A stretch of DNA of 61,153 nt, the filler included, from Hausera hauseri (taxonomy: Eukaryota): the NCBI GenBank assembly GCA_046269625.1. It is 10 parts of 10 records of this genome, joined end to end, with 100 filler letters (N's around TTAATTAATTAA, not from the genome) between each part and the next. Parts side by side here need not be neighbours in the genome. Positions count along the whole stretch, not along the records: positions 56,283 to 61,153 come from JBJURY010408477.1; 9 more parts are not named here. One strand, written 5' to 3'. How positions within the stretch are numbered: position 1 is the stretch's first letter; the number at the start of each line of letters is the position of its first letter. Below, in pieces: positions 59,201 through 61,153 of the stretch. The notes beneath the pieces are model-generated. The model was not told the origin of the DNA and searched no databases. It was given only the letters and a program-made list of their open reading frames with translations. The position numbers and the translations under genes are program-made.

Positions 59201-61153
59201 AAATATAGTTGATCCATGTAATTTATCTAATATTTCGTCAATTCTGGGTAATGGATACGTGTCTGTTTCCGTTATTTCGTTCAATGCTCTGTAGTCTATA
59301 CAAAATCTCATAGATCCATCTTTTTTCTTAACCATTACTACTGGTGCTGTCCATGGTGAGCAACTTGGTCTAATTATTTTATTTTCTCTCATTTCTTGTA
59401 TTATCTTTCGAGCTTCTTGCTTCTTGTCATAAGCTAATCGATACGGTCTTTTCTTTATGGGTCTATCCTGTCCTTCTTTTAATTTAATACTATGTTGTAT
59501 TATTTTCATTGTTCCTAAATCGTAATCATTCTGCGCAAAGCGATTATTATTTTTCTCCAACAGCTGGATTAACATTTGTTTTTCTTCTTTGGTTATGATG
59601 TCACATTTTTGTAATTTTTCTGCCCAGTTGATCTTAATGGCTTTCTTTTCTTCTTTATTTTTATTTACCTTTTTCTTCAGCTTTTTCATCATCATCTCCT
59701 CGATTTTATCCACATCTGAAGTTACCAAATTAATTTCGTCTCTCACTATTTCTTCGACCTTTGTTGCTTTTCCCAGCCTAGTGTTCTTCCTCAATCTTTT
59801 CTCTTTAGTTCCTGTATTGCACATTCTCAGATAGACCTGTCCGTCCCTTACTCTGTCAACATGCGGTGCAACCAAAATTTCATATTTTTCCATTATTTGG
59901 GGGGTTGGTTCAAAGTAAATAGTTTTCATTAATACTTCTTTTTCCAATTTACCGGGTACTACTATTTCAGTACGTGGTGGTATTATAATATCCTCCATTA
60001 TTGCAACCATACTCTCATTTTGATCTTCGTTAAATACCTTAAGTTGTCCTGTTTTTACATCGAGGTATGTATTTTCTAATTGTTTTAATATGTCGCAACC
60101 AATTAACATCTCGTTGGTTAAGTTTTCCGCTATTCTTACGGTATGTTGTATCGTTTGATTGCAGATCTTAATTTTGGCATCCAAAACCATCTTGATCTCT
60201 TCTTCGGTACCAAATGCTCCGATATTTACTAGTGTTGTTTCCGGTTTCCGTAGTTTTCTCTTTAGTTCTCTTGGTAGTAAACTTTTTCCCATAATCGTAG
60301 TAGTCGATCCTGTGTCTATTAGGGCCGTCACTGGATATCCGTTTACTTCTATGTCTATCTCCGGTCTTGGGGTTGATTGTGATTCGTTTTCATCATTCAC
60401 TTTACATGTTGGTTCTCGGTTATATGGCGTCGGGTTTGCGCCATAATTTTGTCTCATCTGTTGCATTTGGTGTGTGGGGTATAATCCTATATGTTCCACA
60501 TAACGAGGAGCTGATGGATTTGCAAACATTGACTCGCTATAGATTTGTCCATGGTATTCATCTGCCGGGTCCAACTGGGGTATATCCGTTATTACTTTTC
60601 GATTATACCTTCTTTTTTGTGATTTTAACGAAAATCGCTTTAATCGGGTTATGTATCTATTATTCTTCGGCTTCGTATCTGTGTTATCGTCATTATAATC
60701 TCGACCGTTTAGTGTGCTATATGGTGAATTCCTTTCAATATCCTTACTTTTTTCCTTAAGTATCTTCTTTTTCCATTTCGCGTCCTGATTCGCTAAAAAA
60801 CAACTAGCTACCGCAGGGATTATTGCTATTAATATCTTCCATGAGCAGCCAACTGCTGCATGTATGCCATATGCCTTTCCAAGCGCTGTGAATATTGTTC
60901 GCAGAGCGCTTATAATAAAATATATAGCCAAGAATCCTGATGCTGCTTGACCGAAATATAAGAATTTTCCCCACATCTTTTCCATTACGTTCTTTGTAAC
61001 CTTTTTAAGGTAATCTCTTCCCATTAGGTTTTCCCATTGTGGTGAGCCTTCGCCATCCCACATCACTCTTCTTGTTAGCTCCGTTATTACTCTCTGTCTT
61101 TGTTGAGGAAACAACAACATCCGCCGATAATCTTCCAGGTTTTGTTGGGTATA
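56283..61153 (-). CDS. Uninterrupted polyprotein open at both contig ends: Env C-terminus/TM - PSAP linker - PR - RT - RNase H - IN - signal peptide - ectodomain (Ty3/Gypsy-type)
   Basis: The N-terminus aligns with the C2 glycoprotein (KMWGKFL.FGQAASGFLAIYF). Then ALIDTGS, RFCIDYRALN, MPFGLKN, VYIDD, TDASDYGVGAVL, HHCC, MDITGPLP, TDQ, NNGMVER, KGPY, and finally YIVLIFLILMPTVLS. Confidence 0.93.

Overview
This window is not one locus. It is 10 eukaryotic contigs joined by 9 artificial 100-bp linkers (N44-TTAATTAATTAA-N44): C1 1-7755, C2 7856-17150, C3 17251-21800, C4 21901-26373, C5 26474-31774, C6 31875-42934, C7 43035-47615, C8 47716-52037, C9 52138-56182, C10 56283-61153. Most of it is AT-rich, transposon-dense DNA from what looks like an invertebrate with compact genes (POP1, a USP deubiquitinase). 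It also carries Ty3/Gypsy elements, LINEs, and mariner, piggyBac and Polinton-like remnants. The main observation is an unusual family of large Ty3/Gypsy-type enveloped LTR elements, seen in pieces on C2, C10 and C8 and probably C4. In C2, an LTR and a tRNA-Arg PBS precede one reading frame, broken only by isolated point stops. That frame runs Gag, a long extension (SAM-like, ubiquitin-like and AT-hook motifs), an internal signal peptide, and a chuvirus/gB-type (class III) glycoprotein. In C10, the homologous glycoprotein C-terminus is fused in frame upstream of PR-RT-RH-IN, and a second signal peptide and ectodomain follow the integrase. The 3' ends carry accessory domains: a C3HC4 RING in C2, and FN3-TM plus a catalytically dead REXO4/ISG20-like exonuclease in C4. 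Both 3' ORFs read through the PPT into the LTR. The inferred architecture is a single gag-env-pol-accessory polyprotein. It is reconstructed from separate contigs and has not been seen on one molecule. C1 looks chimeric because it contains a vertebrate-like MTRR exon, and C6 has a foreign base composition. All domain calls are by-eye motif recognition; no searches were run.
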